Positions 46,247 to 60,844 of a DNA stretch of 64,000 nt are shown piece after piece. The position numbers and the translations under genes are program-made. Source of the stretch: Bispira polyomma. Lineage: Eukaryota. Position 1 is the stretch's first letter, and every line of letters begins with the position of its first letter. The DNA is taken from contig OZ287759.1 in the NCBI GenBank assembly GCA_965649765.1, positions 23,374,001 through 23,438,000 on the forward strand, read 5' to 3'. The notes beneath the pieces are model-generated. The model did no database searches. It was given only the letters and a program-made list of their open reading frames with translations, and was not told where the DNA came from.

Positions 46247-46952
46247 TATTATGTAGCAGCTGAACAGAGATGTGTGACCAAGCTATAAGGCAAAATAGTC
46301 ACAAAAATCTCAATTTGACCAAATATCACAGACAATGTTACAAAAAAAGCCAACATTTTCTAGATTGCCAATATTCAGAAACAATAGCAAATCTTAGATT
46401 CCTTACTCTATGTAAATCGTAGATTTAAGATCTGGAAGCTGAGTCCGAGAGTTTTTGTTTAAAGACTACTGTCACAGGCAAAGTATCTTTATGGTAACGA
46501 GTCTATACACACACACACACACGGCAAATCAAAGGACTGCTTTGATTTTATTTGGTTTCCTTTAGTATGACAAATGATCATAACCTCGCTAACTATTAGC
46601 CTTGGGACAGACAGAGGAAATGGCATCATTAAATGACAGGGATCCATGGACAAAGTGCACACTCATAAGCATTACTACATTTCAACTAGGTGTTTATATT
46701 GTCAGGACATAGCTATAGAGTTGAATGCTAGAAATGCACTGATATACACATTGCTTCAAACGTTTTCTGCAAACGCCAGCTATATATTTCTACACAAACG
46801 TGTTATTATGTGAGCATTTTCTACCTCTTGAACAAAACTTGTGAACCCATCAAAATAAAGTTATGAATACATGTACTATGAATAGATGTACAAGCATGGC
46901 AACTGATAATAACTAATGGTGTCAGCTTTGTTAAAGATATGATAATTTATTC

Positions 46953-47285
46953 TGTGGCCTAGTGGCTAGTGTCTGACTTTGGATGTGAGGGTCCAAGTTC
47001 GATCCTCGCTGCAGGCCTAGTGATTGTCCCCTTGGACAAGGTGCTTTACACAAAGCTGTCCTTCTCTACCCAGGTGTATAAATATGTACCTGGTTGCTAA
47101 TAGGTGTTAAGTCTTTGCGCCGTATATATAGCAGCATAGCCAGTGTGCTTCCTGAGAGAGCTGAGACTGAACAATTTGTTGGCACAAGTGGAAGAATCCA
47201 GGCTGGGGGTGTAAATTGTGAAGTCGGATGAGACCTTAATAGAGGTGATATAAGAATATAAACCTACACACATTCACACACACAT
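46953..47285 (+). mobile_element. tRNA-derived SINE, family 2, with CORE-like central box
   Basis: tggcctagtgg A box, gttcgatcc B box, ccttggacaaggtgcttt...cccaggtgtataaat, CA-rich tail. Confidence 0.75.
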
Positions 47286-47680
47286 TTATATTTCTTATTT
47301 TTACCACTCTGCATAAAGACCACTTGTTCATGTATCTTAGGAGACTAATGTTTAATAATATTCAACCTCTATAAAAGAACATCTGTCAATAAAGACCACT
47401 TTAGAGGGTTACCTTGTGTGGTCTTTGTATACAAGTTTTACTGTGTATTATTGATGCTTTTTTACATTGTTCATGGTCAGTAAAGGTATGGTCTTTGAGG
47501 TGCCTAAATTCAGCCTTCCACCTCAGCAGAGAATGCCCACTCTGCTCTGGCTTGATCGAAGAAGCTATACATGCAGATTCAGGTAGTTTAAGAGTTGATG
47601 TGCAGCATTTGACAACCAATCTCCCAGAACATTTAGGTTTCCTAGAATATGTCTTGTCCATATCTAGATGTTTTTTTTTT

Positions 47681-47915
47681 AATTGGGATATCTAACGTTC
47701 ACTCTAGTACCTGTTTAGGTTATATCGGGACAGGTAGTTGGAAACACTAAAGGAAACACTGCATACAGTTGATCAAGGTTCTGCACTGAAACCAGCGGCA
47801 TACAGTAAGGAACTACCACCTTTCCCACATAGGCATCGACAGGAGTCGAACTCACGCCACCCAGAGGTGAGATTGTGAAGCGCAATGCTTGCTAACCACT
47901 AGGCCACCGCGGCCC
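47681..47915 (-). mobile_element. tRNA-derived SINE, family 1
   Basis: Reverse complement of the 40851 copy; degenerate TSD tatctagatgt / tgtctggatgt. Confidence 0.9.
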
Positions 47916-50900
47916 TGTGTCTGGATGTGGCGAGCATTTGCCCAGGTCATGATATTTCTCCACACAATAAAAGATAAATCAACTAAACAGGGTTCTACTT
48001 GTAAGGGGCCAGTAAGGCGATATTTGTTTTACCAAAGTCATTTCAATTCTGTGTAACAACTAGACTCTATGATGACTTTATCAAATTATACTTTAAATGT
48101 AAAAGTGCAGTGTGCAAACAATTTAAAACTTGAATACTTGTCTTGTATTATGACGTCACACAATTTTAAACTCTATATAGAACGTCATTTTTGTAAACAG
48201 ATCTCAGAGAGAGCCCTTTCTATTGTGACATAAACCGGTTATTGATCTACTTGATATAATGATATCATGTACACTATTTCCCTCTAGAAAACGTGTATAT
48301 TATTTTTAATGATATATTAAAAAACATATATATATTCCGTAAAATAATTCCATGTGTATTTTGTAATATATTAACTTAGGGGATTTCCTAATGTTAACAC
48401 AGTTTATTGAATTTTATCGAAAAAGTAAATATCATACAAAAAAAAAAAAATGCTGAAATCTTTGTTTATCTGGTGGTGTGCAAATATTGTAGTAATGTTT
48501 ACTATCACATGCGTTTGATTTGTGTCACGTTTCTGAAGGGTGTACTTTGAATAATATTCATATTTGTCTTACAAACTCACGCCTTGTAATATGTAATATT
48601 AGTTGCTAATAAATTATTAAAATGATTTATAAATAGGAGCTTGAATTTTTAATTAATCCCTCCTTTATCATTTTCACTACTCATATGAAGTAAAAATCCT
48701 ATTTAAAAATTGACTTTGAGCTAGGTCTTCCTAACAAAGTGGTACATGTTTGTCGTTCTTATTCATAACGAAGTTTATTAGCAACAATTATTTTTATTGC
48801 GATAAATATCCTTACATTATCCTCACTGAGTGCTTTTATTCATTTTGAATAAATGCTCGACCAAAAAAGAATAAAAGTCTTTTTTCAAAGACTATTCTTG
48901 TCCCTCGACACATGTGAGCTGCGCATGCGCAGGAAGTATGTTCACTTCTGAAAACAGCATGCTATCGTCATATTTCATTTGGTCGTCCATTGAGAAGGGC
49001 GACCTTTTGGCTCAGACCACATAGGAATTTGTTTGTTTTTATAAGAGATTATTAGATTTATTAGCAACAGTTATATTTATGTGTTCGTTACTAACACCCG
49101 GGTAACAACTCACGCACACCTTTTAAATAATTACAAACATTATTGTTATAATTAGGCAAACACAGTTCATTATTATGTCAAATCAATTATTATAATATTA
49201 TGTTTGAATTATTAAAAGTCAGTTCGAAATTGATGTTCCTACAAAGAGATATGCACTGATTTAATTTGGGTGGGGCATCTATTGTTATCCGAGCGAGAAC
49301 TGGTCTGCTTGCTTGCTTGTTTTGTAAGTTATACATTAAAATACTATAAACACTATTAATTGTACATCATTATCTTTATGTAAATTCAATTTATGGAGTA
49401 ATTATTTTAAAAGAAAATATGGGAACAATTCATAAAAGTCAGATTTGTTGACTTATATGCCTTCTATAAATTGTTCCTAAATTTTCTTTATGATAATAGG
49501 TATTCACAAACATTCTTAGTGCAAATATGTAGATTTTACATGAATGCACAGTCATATATTGTTAAATATGATGGGAATATATTCAGAGGGTGTTTGTTGT
49601 TTGGGGAGGGTTTCTAGGGTAAACAAACCGTACGGACGTTCATCCAAATATAAATAATAATTAGTAAAAATGGCCATCTATTTACATCAACAGTTAAGTC
49701 ATGAAATATTCAATGTATTCATATACAAAACCTTACAAAGTTAATTAGGTGCAGTTTTTGGGTAGACATCAAGTCATGACAAGAAACTCTGGTGAAATAT
49801 AAAGCCACCTGTTGAATATTTAACCAGATACTTGCCCCTGTAATAAGCTCTTACGCTTTCGTGGACTTGAGTGAGATTTGCACCAATTTTCACGGTTCAT
49901 TTTCCAAATGAATAAATATAAATGTGTTATGTAGGAGTTATAAATTGTTTATTGGGTTTTGAAACCCTAAACTTTAGCCTATATTGTTCCTTTGAAACAA
50001 AAAAATTCATCATTGTGAAGTGTTTTTCAGAGTCCTCCTTATTTACTTCCATGAAGTGGTTTATGAACTTAGTAAAGTACAAAGTTACATAGTAATAGTT
50101 GCATGTACATTGAAATTGAGTGATGTCTACTTTTTCTACTAATAAGTAAATGTGAACAACCCACTTAACAGATAGACATTGAAGTTAAGTTATGGCTTAC
50201 ACACAAAAATTAAGGTTACCTTCTTAGCTTTTCCATAAATTGATCATATCTTATATTAAGGTGACATTCGTATCAGCTTAGGTTTAAATATAGCTACTCA
50301 CAAGTTCAATTGTCTTAACTTTTTGCTTGTGTAGGTTGGTTGCAAATTACCACAAAGCAAATATACTATATAGTGAGCCTAGTAAGGCGAATGGTTTAAT
50401 TGCTTTTACACATAGGTGAAAATTCAGATGTTACAGTACACACTGTGTATGTGAATGTATGTATTTACTTAAATACAGCTTTCCCTGTTGCTATATTTTG
50501 TCCAATACACACACAAGGGCAAATCAAAAATTAATGTGACCATCTTGACTCTCCAGTACTAGTCTTGAAACCATTGTGAAGGGTTGTGCACAGATGATTG
50601 GTTTCTCCAATATTTATTCTCTTCACTAGTATTCGCCGTACTGTAGTGTACAAAGACCCTTTTGCCCCCTAGCGATTTCAAAGAAATTCTGGGGTTTATA
50701 AGATACCCTCTCTTCGCCGTTTGTGCATCCGTCCAAGGGTTTCCTAGGCATAGATTCTATGGGGTGGATTAATTTAATTTTTTTTTGGTGTGACCAATAG
50801 TTAGGCAACAAAAAAATGCATATTTCGAAGTTTGAAAATATGTAATATGGCTGCCATGAAAGGCGAAAAATGGCGTTATATGAATATATGTCACAAGATA

Positions 50901-51671
50901 GAAGTAAAAAATAGATTTCTTCCGAATTTTAAACAACTGTAACTAGCACTGGTTTCGCCCACCAGTAAATCTACTTGATATGACCTACACAATGTGTTGA
51001 CATCGATGTTAAACACAATTCAATCAATCAATGCCCACTGTGACACAAAACGTGGTGAAAGTGTTGTTGAAACCAAACTATAATAAATTAATTTAACATG
51101 AATTCGATCTTCACATATTGGTCAAATCTGCTGATTACTTGGGCACTGACCAAAATTTTGTTATTATGTAGTTCTATTGTATTGTGGTTTTCTAATGTGC
51201 CTTATTGACGCCAGGCATCTTCTAAATAATTGTCTTTATCAGAATCAATAAACCTGTAATCATGATCATAATACACAGTCAGGTGGTCCTCAATCAATAG
51301 GCAAAGGCATGTTCACACCTTTTACAAGAATGTTATATTCCAAATGTAAGAGTCTTATATCAAATAATGTTCACAAATAATTGAAGCAGCCTTTGAAAGC
51401 TCAGCCACAAGTACCCAACATCACACGATTATTTTGTTTATCAAGTAACAGTTTAGATCATTCATATTAAAAGTTGACAAAAGTTTTGTGCAAAGTGTTT
51501 TATATGGACTGTGAGAGTAACAATGATACCACAGCTTTATTTAATATAAGAAATAGTTGTTAATTATTGAATTAACTGGACATGACCTCACCATATTGGA
51601 TTTGGTGTATGAACACCACTGAATAACACTTAATAATTATAATATAATAATTTATAATAATTGAAACATTT

Positions 51672-52100
51672 ATAAAGCACCAATTTGATGAGAACTTCAA
51701 ATGAGCACTGATTTCCAAAAAGGTGAAAATCCAAAGGTAAGCAAAGGTCGTTACCAGATAAGCAACCACCAAGGGAAGAGTTGCTAAGGAGGGGGTAGGC
51801 CAGTCTGAAAAGGTAAGTTTTTAGATGGCTTCTGAAACTTGAGATTTTATCCTGTGATCTATCAGTGTGTGGGAGTTTGTTCCATTCAACAGGAGCTGCA
51901 ACAGCAAAGCTGTGCCTGCCGATTTTTCTGTGTAGTCGTGTTGAGGAGATGGATTGGCAGTTTCCATGGGTAAGGCTACTAGATTTGATAAGTGAGGACA
52001 AATAAGGAGGTTGGCTGAGTTTGATAGTTTTGAACACAAGAAGGTTGTATTTGAAAAGAACGCCCGTTTGACAGGTAGCCAGTGGTATTTGTTTAAGTAA
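51672..52100 (-). mobile_element. L2/CR1-like LINE 3' fragment
   Basis: PPYLSSLI...IGRHSFAVAAPVEWNKLP...FRSHLKTYLFRLAYP, with HWLP upstream. Confidence 0.85.
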
Positions 52101-53640
52101 GTGAACCCATTGGTAACCCTACTTGGGCGGTCGCAATGTTGGCCAGATCATAATGTTGTCCGTTGTATTTTTAACAACTTACAGACGGAAATAAATATTG
52201 AAAGCACATGCTACTTCAGGTCTATGAATTAAAGTACAGAATACTATATTTTATTTTGAAGAAATCTACGTTTGAGACATCGAAATGTGCGTCGACCAAT
52301 ATTGTCACCCGACCACTATTGGGACTGCCCTTGTAATGCTGTGATAGTCGGGAGAACTACTTCCAAAAAAAAAAAAAAATAACTTAGACAGAAGATTTAT
52401 CAGAAATTGCTGAACATTTAAAAAAAACGTGTGAACAAAACAACCTGGATGTAGCTGTTACCTGCATTTGTAGATTGTCTGGGCACTTTATAAATTGCCC
52501 GGGTGAAATAACTTTGTATTTACAAATAAACAAAACATTTTTGTCTACAATGTCCTAAATGGACTTCCGTAATTTTCAACAAGCACACAAACTGGGCTTA
52601 ATTAATATTGCACACATTGTTTACATATATGCTATATTACATATAGACAAGTAAATCTGATTCATTTTAAATTAAAGTGTTAAAACAATGGGACGACATC
52701 CCAAATGTGCTTTAAACAGCAGTAATAAATGGTGAATAGTGGAAACGTCATAATAGAAAACTGGTATAAACTGGTATTAACTGGTCAAAATACTGCAGAA
52801 TTCTAACTTGATTCGAGTCAGGCCATATGTATAGATTTTCATTTACTTTGATGTACTCCATCAGGCCACTAACAATAGAAAATCCATACCTAAACCGTGT
52901 GTTAATTGTGATTGAATGCTTATTTCAAGCATTTCAACGAATAAGACAATATATCCGGTCTGGAGTATCCCATCTAATTTATCAAGCATCTCGTGTTTAT
53001 AGTTATATCATCAGCTCTAATGGTCAACAACAGGCTTTATTGACTGAATTAACATTTAAGATCTAATATTTTATTGATATTGGGGTCATTAGGAGGGAGA
53101 AGAATGTATTTATGACGCACTTTTACCTTATATAAATTATGGTTATGAAAATATTACATCCACATGTGTATATGTGTATTTAATATTAGATTTCTTATCT
53201 AACTAGAAGAGCACCCCAGTGGAACACATACCTCTGCCAAGGCACCGCAGTGATAAACAGGTGAAAATATATTTCATCAAGATATGCTTCAAAATTGAAT
53301 GTTGTTTTCCTTGTCTCACGTTTTTCGTCTCTCCACTAAATTCTATGTAAATAAATTCAGTAGGTTTTGTGCAATCCTGTTGACAAACCCTTAAAAACCC
53401 CATAACCTCTGGGGCACAAGTAAAGAGAACAATTTAAATACTTATTCAAATTCTACTTTTATTATGACAAACAACAGTAAAACAATAACAATATAGCATA
53501 ATACCATTTGGTATAGGCAACAGGTGTCTAAGCAATTGATATAGGAAATAAAATAGAATATGAAGATAATAATTAGAGCCCGAGACAGGCTAGAAAGTGT
53601 GGTACAGATAAAAGGGAATAGTAGAGATTAATTTCCTTTT

Positions 53641-53841
53641 GGTTTAACGCCACTTTCACCCCATTGTATAGGTAATATCACGATGGGCGTGTGTACTACT
53701 TGTTGGTCAAGATTCTACACCGTAAACCAGCGACCATCGGCAAGTAACTGCTAACTTTGCCACTCAAAGCTCTAGCGGATATTCAAACTGGGACCATAGC
53801 GGTGGAAGGCGAGTGTGTTAGCATTGCACCACAGAGGCTCC
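53641..53841 (-). mobile_element. Diverged tRNA-derived SINE related to family 1
   Basis: Minus strand ggagcctctgtggtgcaatg...gtttgaat...cgctggttt...gtggcgttaaa. Confidence 0.55.
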
Positions 53842-55829
53842 TGAAGACTAGTTGAAGGATGTGCACTGTGCAACCATACACTGATTTTAGTGGCCTTTAT
53901 ATCAGATGCAGCTTGATATAACTATGACTAACAGTTTCGATGAATTAATTAATACATCCATGTCATGCATGTATTGTGAAATGGTGTTGTGTAATAATTG
54001 GTATCGATTGCCTCACAGTTGATTTATCATGGCCTTGGTACTGATTCGCAAAAGAAATTTAAGCGCAAATTCAAGGCTATCTGGAAGTCTCTATGTATGT
54101 TAATAAGCCTAAACTTGTGACCATTAATTTTTAACAGAGTTTTCAGTGCTAAGTTCAAACACGCGGTCAAATTCTTAAAACTTAAACTCACTCTATAGCC
54201 AGAAATAAGCATAGTCTTAAGACTTCAGTCTGAGTTAAGCTTCTGACACTGTATTTGTGTGATTGTTGCTAGCGACGCCAAATGACAACTGATGACTCTC
54301 TAAACCTAACCCCCCCACCTCTCTCACACACACACTGAATACAATTGTACACCATAACTACCAGTCAATACTTAAAGGGCACAGAAAAAAGTATCTGTAG
54401 TAGAGTGTACATCTCCGCCAAGGTGCTCCACTGTAATTATCAAAAATCCTAGATCTCTACCCTCTTAAGACAGTTAATTCCAAAATTGAATGAATACTTT
54501 GTGGACAAATTCCCCACTCCTGATATCAATTAGTTCAGTTGGTTTTATGTGCAATCCTGATGACAAACAAACACCAAGCAATGGACACACTCAGCGAGCA
54601 TCATGGGTTGACCCCCCCCCCCCCTCCTTGTTGACTGATAATAACTTTTGTAATCTCTTGTGATGATGTATGGGGGTGGTGGTCACCTACTGAGGTCTAG
54701 AAAAATAATGAAGTCTAGTAAAAGAGGGGACAATATGAAATCAGCCAACAAGGGTTCAACACATATGATGGTCGTGGGATAATTTCTGTTTTGAACAGAA
54801 TAAGCTCCCTTCATTTCCTTCATTTTTGTTATTTTTGAGGTTACACATATAAAGTACAAAGAAGTGCATATTTAAAAATTGCTCAAGGGTAAGGTCGCCA
54901 CACGGTACCTGCCGGAATATATGATCAATATGATAAAACATGATCAATGGAGGACAATAGTCAACAAGCCAGACTATCATGGGTGTAAGCATGCTCTCAT
55001 TGAAAGAAGTGACTTGGAGGCGACTCAGTGGAGTATAGCTTCCCCAAAGTGCCAGAATGCCAAATAGTAAACAATAAATGTCTTTCAAAAAAACATCAGC
55101 GCACAGTGTGACTCACATCTCTCAGTTTGGACGGGTCGATTGTTTCCAGCCAATCCATAAAGCGGCATTCCGCAATATTATTTCCAACATGGCAGCAATG
55201 TCAGGCTGTGCCTAATGATCATTGCCTGATATTATAAATCTGACACCCCTCAGTTTCGCCAGGTCAATCGCTTCAAACCAATCCACGAAGGCATTACATA
55301 TTAGCAACATGGAAGCACCCTGTTCAGAATTGTCTAGATTTGCCATGTTTGCATCAAATTATAATGGATAAATGGCTCATGCCTCAGCCCTCTACCAAAT
55401 TTATTGCGAAGTAGTTTACTTTTTTTTGTGTAACTTTCTGACATAATCTCCTTTGTACAAGTAGCTAGAAGGCCACCTCACTACAATGTATACCTTTATC
55501 AATGCAGCGCAGTGCAAAAATAGCGAGAAAAAAACAACATTTCCTTGATATTCCCGTCTACCTGGACACTCCTTTATCAAAATATGAAGGATTCCTTCAT
55601 GCCCTATCTCTTATCCACCAAATCTCATGGAAATGTTAGACCAAATCCATAAAATCGGCAATTTCGTGAAATGGGCAAGAAAATTGGTCATTGCGTGAAA
55701 TTGACAAAAGAATTATTTTCGTGAAATGGGCAACAAATTCTTTATTGGTTCAGTTATTTTGTGTAATCTCGGTTATGCAGAAACAAACCAACACACAGGG
55801 GCAAAACAAAACCTCTTTGGCAATGGTAA

Positions 55830-55990
55830 TACAGTAGACCCTCAATTATACAACCTTCTATTATCCTAATTTTTAATTTCTAAAAAAAAATGTCATTTTT
55901 TTAAATTCACATTTTCTTTTGATGAACTTTCTATTATCCAAACAAACTATTGCTTTCCCAAAACGTTTGGATAATACAGTTTCTACTGTA
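55830..55990. mobile_element. Short Tc1/mariner-type MITE
   Basis: TA-cagtaga...tctactg-TA termini with inverted attatcc/ggataat motifs. Confidence 0.65.
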
Positions 55991-56008
55991 ATTTTTAAAT
56001 TTCATCAG

Positions 56009-56011
<3 letters not shown>

Positions 56012-56040
<29 letters not shown>
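56012..56040. repeat. (TA)n microsatellite
   Basis: Direct observation. Confidence 0.95.
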
Positions 56041-56704
56041 GCACAATGGAAAATTGATCAAGAACACATTCTGTTGTGTAAAAGGCTCAATTTATCTTCT
56101 GAACGGCAACTATAATACTGGCCAAGTTAATAGTGTGGAACAAGCAAATATATGACTGTCAGAGAAAATTGACAACTGTGAAGGGTAGAGATGGGGGTTT
56201 GACATTAACAGACAGGGGAGAAGCACCCTTAATGATAGCATCAACCAGATAAAGAGGACTAACAATCGGCTATACAGGTGTGTGAATCAGGTATTCTCTC
56301 AATTTACTGGAAATAGTAACCTTTCCCCAGTCCCATTCTCGAAGATAATTATATAATTTCAATCACTAATGATATATATAATTAAATATTTCTAGAAAAT
56401 AGTAACCTTTTATAATTCTTATTTTGCAAGAAAATAATTTTTGAAAAAATTAAGTGGACTGAAGATCTAAAGGGTATATAAACGTTACATATCACTAAAG
56501 CACAAATTTATGGTGGGATATTAAGAAAACTATGAGATGTAAATGGACAAAAATGAGGTGTAATAATGAGAAAAAGCTCAAGGCTACTTTGATTAAGCCC
56601 AAGGTATTATGGGTAAAAAGAGGGATCCTATGGTATTTACTCTTGCAGTATTGCTGGGTCGTATAGTACTTGACTATATTAAGAGTACTTGGATTCTGTT
56701 TTCT

Positions 56705-56985
56705 CTGTAAAATCTACCAAAAGTGCTGTATCCAGAGCTTCCTCAATTTATGTGGCTATGTTAAGGAAAAGTCCAGTTCAGCTTAGATCACAAGAAATAC
56801 TTTCTGGCTTTACGCAAAAACTTAAAACCTTTGTCTTTAAACTTACGTGTTTCCCGTCATTCCCTACCTGTACCCGCACATCCTTCCTTACGACCTATCT
56901 GTATATTTTTTGGACATGTGGATTGGTTCTGTTGGTGCGCTTTAGCAGATGCCTTGCATTAATAAGGCACATAAAAAATCCACAA
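56705..56985 (+). mobile_element. L2/CR1-like 3' tail, same family as array introns
   Basis: SRASS...PVQLRSQEILSGFTQKLKTFVFKL plus shared 3' UTR gatgccttgcattaataaggcac. Confidence 0.7.
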
Positions 56986-58534
56986 CACCATGTGACAAAT
57001 TGACTGTCAGATCTGTATTACACCTGTTGTGTCACAATATCGGACATAAGTGTAAAAGGTGCACAGTGTGAAATACACTAACGTTGCTATGGCCTCTATA
57101 TTGCACCCCTACAAATAGTACTCTGACACCACTTAGTTTAGACTGATCGTTTGCTTCGAACCAAGCCATGAGGGGCTTGCGCATTATTTTTAAGATGGCG
57201 GCGCCCTTGATAACGATGACGGCGCCTTTTTAAGAATGCAAAACAATTTCAGGCTATGCCTGATAAAAAAAGGGTTGACGTCGGTGGTGTTACAGCCGTT
57301 TTAGGACCGTTCTTATTAGCAAGTGTTGCTTGAGATTGCAAAATGGAATTGTTGGGAATAATGTAAAGACAAGTGATTTATAAACATGCAATAGTTTCAT
57401 AATGGAAAATAAAGTATAAAGTATTATTGAGATGTACACAGCTCTACCAATACGGGATACGATTACTGATAACCAATTCATCAAATAATATTTTCTTTTT
57501 TTAGGGTTACAAAAATGGTAGATAAACCCCCATAAAGTCAAATGGGTACTACAGGGTGTTTTTAATACTGAGAACAAAGGTGATAGAATTATCCAAATCC
57601 ATTTAAAAAAAGAAGAAATTAAGTATTTTATATTTGACGTACGGGTGAGCCGTACTTGTATTCTGTAGTGGTACGACAAAGACGTGTGCATCTGAACAGT
57701 ACTTAACTGGGTGACAAGACATGGATATTCATATACTGTAATATCCTGCAATTAATGGGTATAGGAAGTTGATGCAGCAAATGGGAAGGACACATACCAT
57801 AAAATTCGAAGGGCATTCAGTAGATCTTGAATTGAAATGTGTGATAGCAAAACTCCAGGTAAAACCGAAGAACGGCCATAATTCCAATAGTGTTGCAGAT
57901 AGAATCATGCCTAGAAGCTGTCCACTCACCTTTAATGAATGAAAAAGGAAATTAAATGGTCACTAAATTCAAAAATGTTTTGGTAAAGTTTTAAAGAAAT
58001 TAAAAAAAGTTCAAAACCTAAGTCAACCCAATAACTATGTTCTATTTTGATATTTGGAAAACTGTAATTATGGCTACTAGTAATGTAGTAGTAATAGGTA
58101 TTTTTTTATAAAACTGTATTTTGTGATGTTATTGTTATACTTTAGATGTGTATTAAAAACTTAATACAAATTAACCTTTTAAAATGTATATCATCTATTT
58201 CAAATTTATTTTGCTATTCACAGATGTTTTTCTTAAGAGTGGCCCATTGGCTATATAGTGTAATCTACGAGTCATTATTACCATTTGCAACTAGCATGTC
58301 TGGATGTTAAAGCTAAACACTGACCAATCAAAGCACCCCATGTTGGTAATGAAGAAGACTTTATCAAAAGGTATTTGTTGTATTGACTGCAGTTATTCAG
58401 GGTTCGGTGAGCACCATTAACTGTCAGCAGGTCAGGGTTAAATATTGGGGTGTGTGGTGTGTGGGTGGGTGTGTGGTTTACATGTTAGATTTCTCTCTTT
58501 GAGTTATAGTTATCGAGGTCCGAAATAGACTGAG

Positions 58535-58831
58535 TTAAGGGGCAAATATACCTGTTCGATTTTTCTTCTGCATACATCATCCGACCTCCGTCATCCAAAA
58601 AATTCAAAATATAAAAAAATATAGAAGTACCATAAAGCTGACCAACATCACCTCAGATTCGGGAGCCAAATTTAGAAAATCGTTCAAGCAATCGATTTTT
58701 TTCGGATGACAGATGGGAAGATGAAGTTATTTTATTGATTTATTTTTAAAAACATGAACATCAGAAAAATCGGCCATGTTTTCTGATGTAGTAAATTTGG
58801 CCATCGGATGCAGGTCTTTTCGCCTCTTTAA
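58535..58831. mobile_element. TTAA-flanked MITE (Kolobok- or piggyBac-type)
   Basis: ttaaggggcaaatatacctg...caggtcttttcgcctctttaa imperfect TIRs. Confidence 0.55.
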
Positions 58832-60198
58832 GGGTCAGGGGCAAAAATACCTGGCCAATTTTGCATTTAATTCGTTAATTTAATTCCAAACACGTAATCA
58901 GTTATATTATATATCTATTTTACATTAGAGAGGGCTTTATAAGTGTTTATAAATATCACAGAGCACAGTGTTTTAATTCTAGTCGTGTTTGATCTTATAT
59001 CAAATGTCATTACTCAAACGGGTATTTTTCTAATGTGTTTACTTATGATTGTAATTATTAATCTTCAACTAATATTAAAGCAGTCCAAAAATAGTGATAA
59101 AAGCACAACACCCATTTCATGTATGCTCTGGTTAAAGCATAAAACATTAAACCATAAGAATTCAAGAAGAATTATCAATGCAAAAAGGATATAAAGTAAT
59201 TTCTTTTGTAATAAAATATTTTTAAAACATCAAAAACTAAAATAATATCAAAGTAAAACCATTTTAGTGTAGCTTTTCATGATATTATCCATTTATTCTA
59301 GAAATGTACTTGAAAGTGAGTACTTGTACTCACCCCAGGCCTGGTTCAGAACCTCATTTTCAAAAGCTGTTTTGATTAAACTTTCAATTTTTTGCAAAGA
59401 TTAGTAACAGTAAGGTAAAAGAAGTTTCAGTCATAACTACTGGAAATGACATAAATATTATATAAGGAGATGGTAAATAGGGGCAATATTGATATTCTTT
59501 ACAGCCGTAACCAAAGTATGTATATGTTACAGTGAATATGTGTAATCAGGGAATACGCGTATTCCCTGAAAATTTAGTGAATACGCATATTCCCTGTTTT
59601 GGTCAAAGAATGTGATCGGCGAGAAATCCAAAGTCAGAAGCATAGGACAACAGATGTCAAGAACATGAAAGTTGTCTTTCACTTGCCAATTTATTGAAAA
59701 AATAACTGGTAATAGTGGGTTGTAACCCCATTCATGTTAATACACTCGGTACAATGTCTTTGCATAGTCACAAGATTATTCTGGATCATAATCCACCTGT
59801 TCCAATGTGGTCATGGAGATCCAGGCCCTCAAAAAGAGAGGGAAAACCTGGAAAAGCAAGTCATCTGGAATACTGTTGTGACTATTTAAAGACATTGTAT
59901 GCAGTGCATAAACCTTATATTATCTTAGCTAATGAATGCAACATAACCCCAACTTAACTAAATTTAAAGTCAGCATCTCATTTTAAGAATAGGGTTTAGT
60001 CTCCCACATCAGCAATCATGAATCTTGTTCTCAACCTGGGTAGGCACATGTATGTGGGAAAGATTATTATTATTATTATTATACATTTTTAACGCACTTT
60101 ATTGATGCTAGGCATCTTTTGAAGTGCAACAGCATAATCAGTGAGCCAAGTGTGTACTCTATAGGCAGAGCAGTGTTAACTGATTCACGGCAGACCCT

Positions 60199-60456
60199 AA
60201 TTAAATTTGAATTTGGATATTTCACGTCCACTCTAGTACCTTTTAGTAGGTTATATTGGGACGGGTAGTTGGAAACACTGGAGGAAACACTGCATACAGT
60301 CGGTCAAGGTTCTGCAGAGAAACCAGCGGCCCACAGTAAGGAACTACCACCTTTCTCACATAGGCATCGGCGGGATTCGAACTCACGCCGCCCAGAGGTG
60401 AGAGACCAGTGATTGTGAAGCGCAATGCTTGCTAACCACTAGGCCACCGTGGCCCC
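60199..60456 (-). mobile_element. tRNA-derived SINE, family 1
   Basis: Reverse complement of the 40851 copy; TSD-like ccctaattaaa / ccctaataaaa. Confidence 0.9.
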
Positions 60457-60844
60457 CCTAATAAAAAGGAAGGGAGGAATGCATGAAGAAGAGTGACACG
60501 CTCGGAAATCACTGCAAGCAGTCCTCCCCAGTTGAATGCCCAACAACCCACCCACGCCCTGACAGGGATCCTAAGTCCCCCAGCCTACCCACCTCCGGAG
60601 GCTAAACCACCCCGATCCAAAGACCAGAGCTACCCTTCTCTGCGACTCTTGGCGGCCGAAAAACTGGTCACAGCGTTTTGCCCAGGGAAAAGTGGCAATA
60701 TAGGCTCATTAAAGGTAAATATAATACACATATGTTAAAAGTAACATTATACCCAAACTAACTGTAAATCAAAACGAATTAAAAATCATACTGAATGGCA
60801 CAAATGACCCAATATTTATTTCATATTCTGTAAGTTTCTGTAAA

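Noticed and set aside
57290-57929. 153-aa and 66-aa minus-strand ORFs as a second gene
   Set aside because: Composition typical of AT-rich noncoding DNA, no recognisable domain and no consistent splice chain. I could not support any gene in 43-64 kb.
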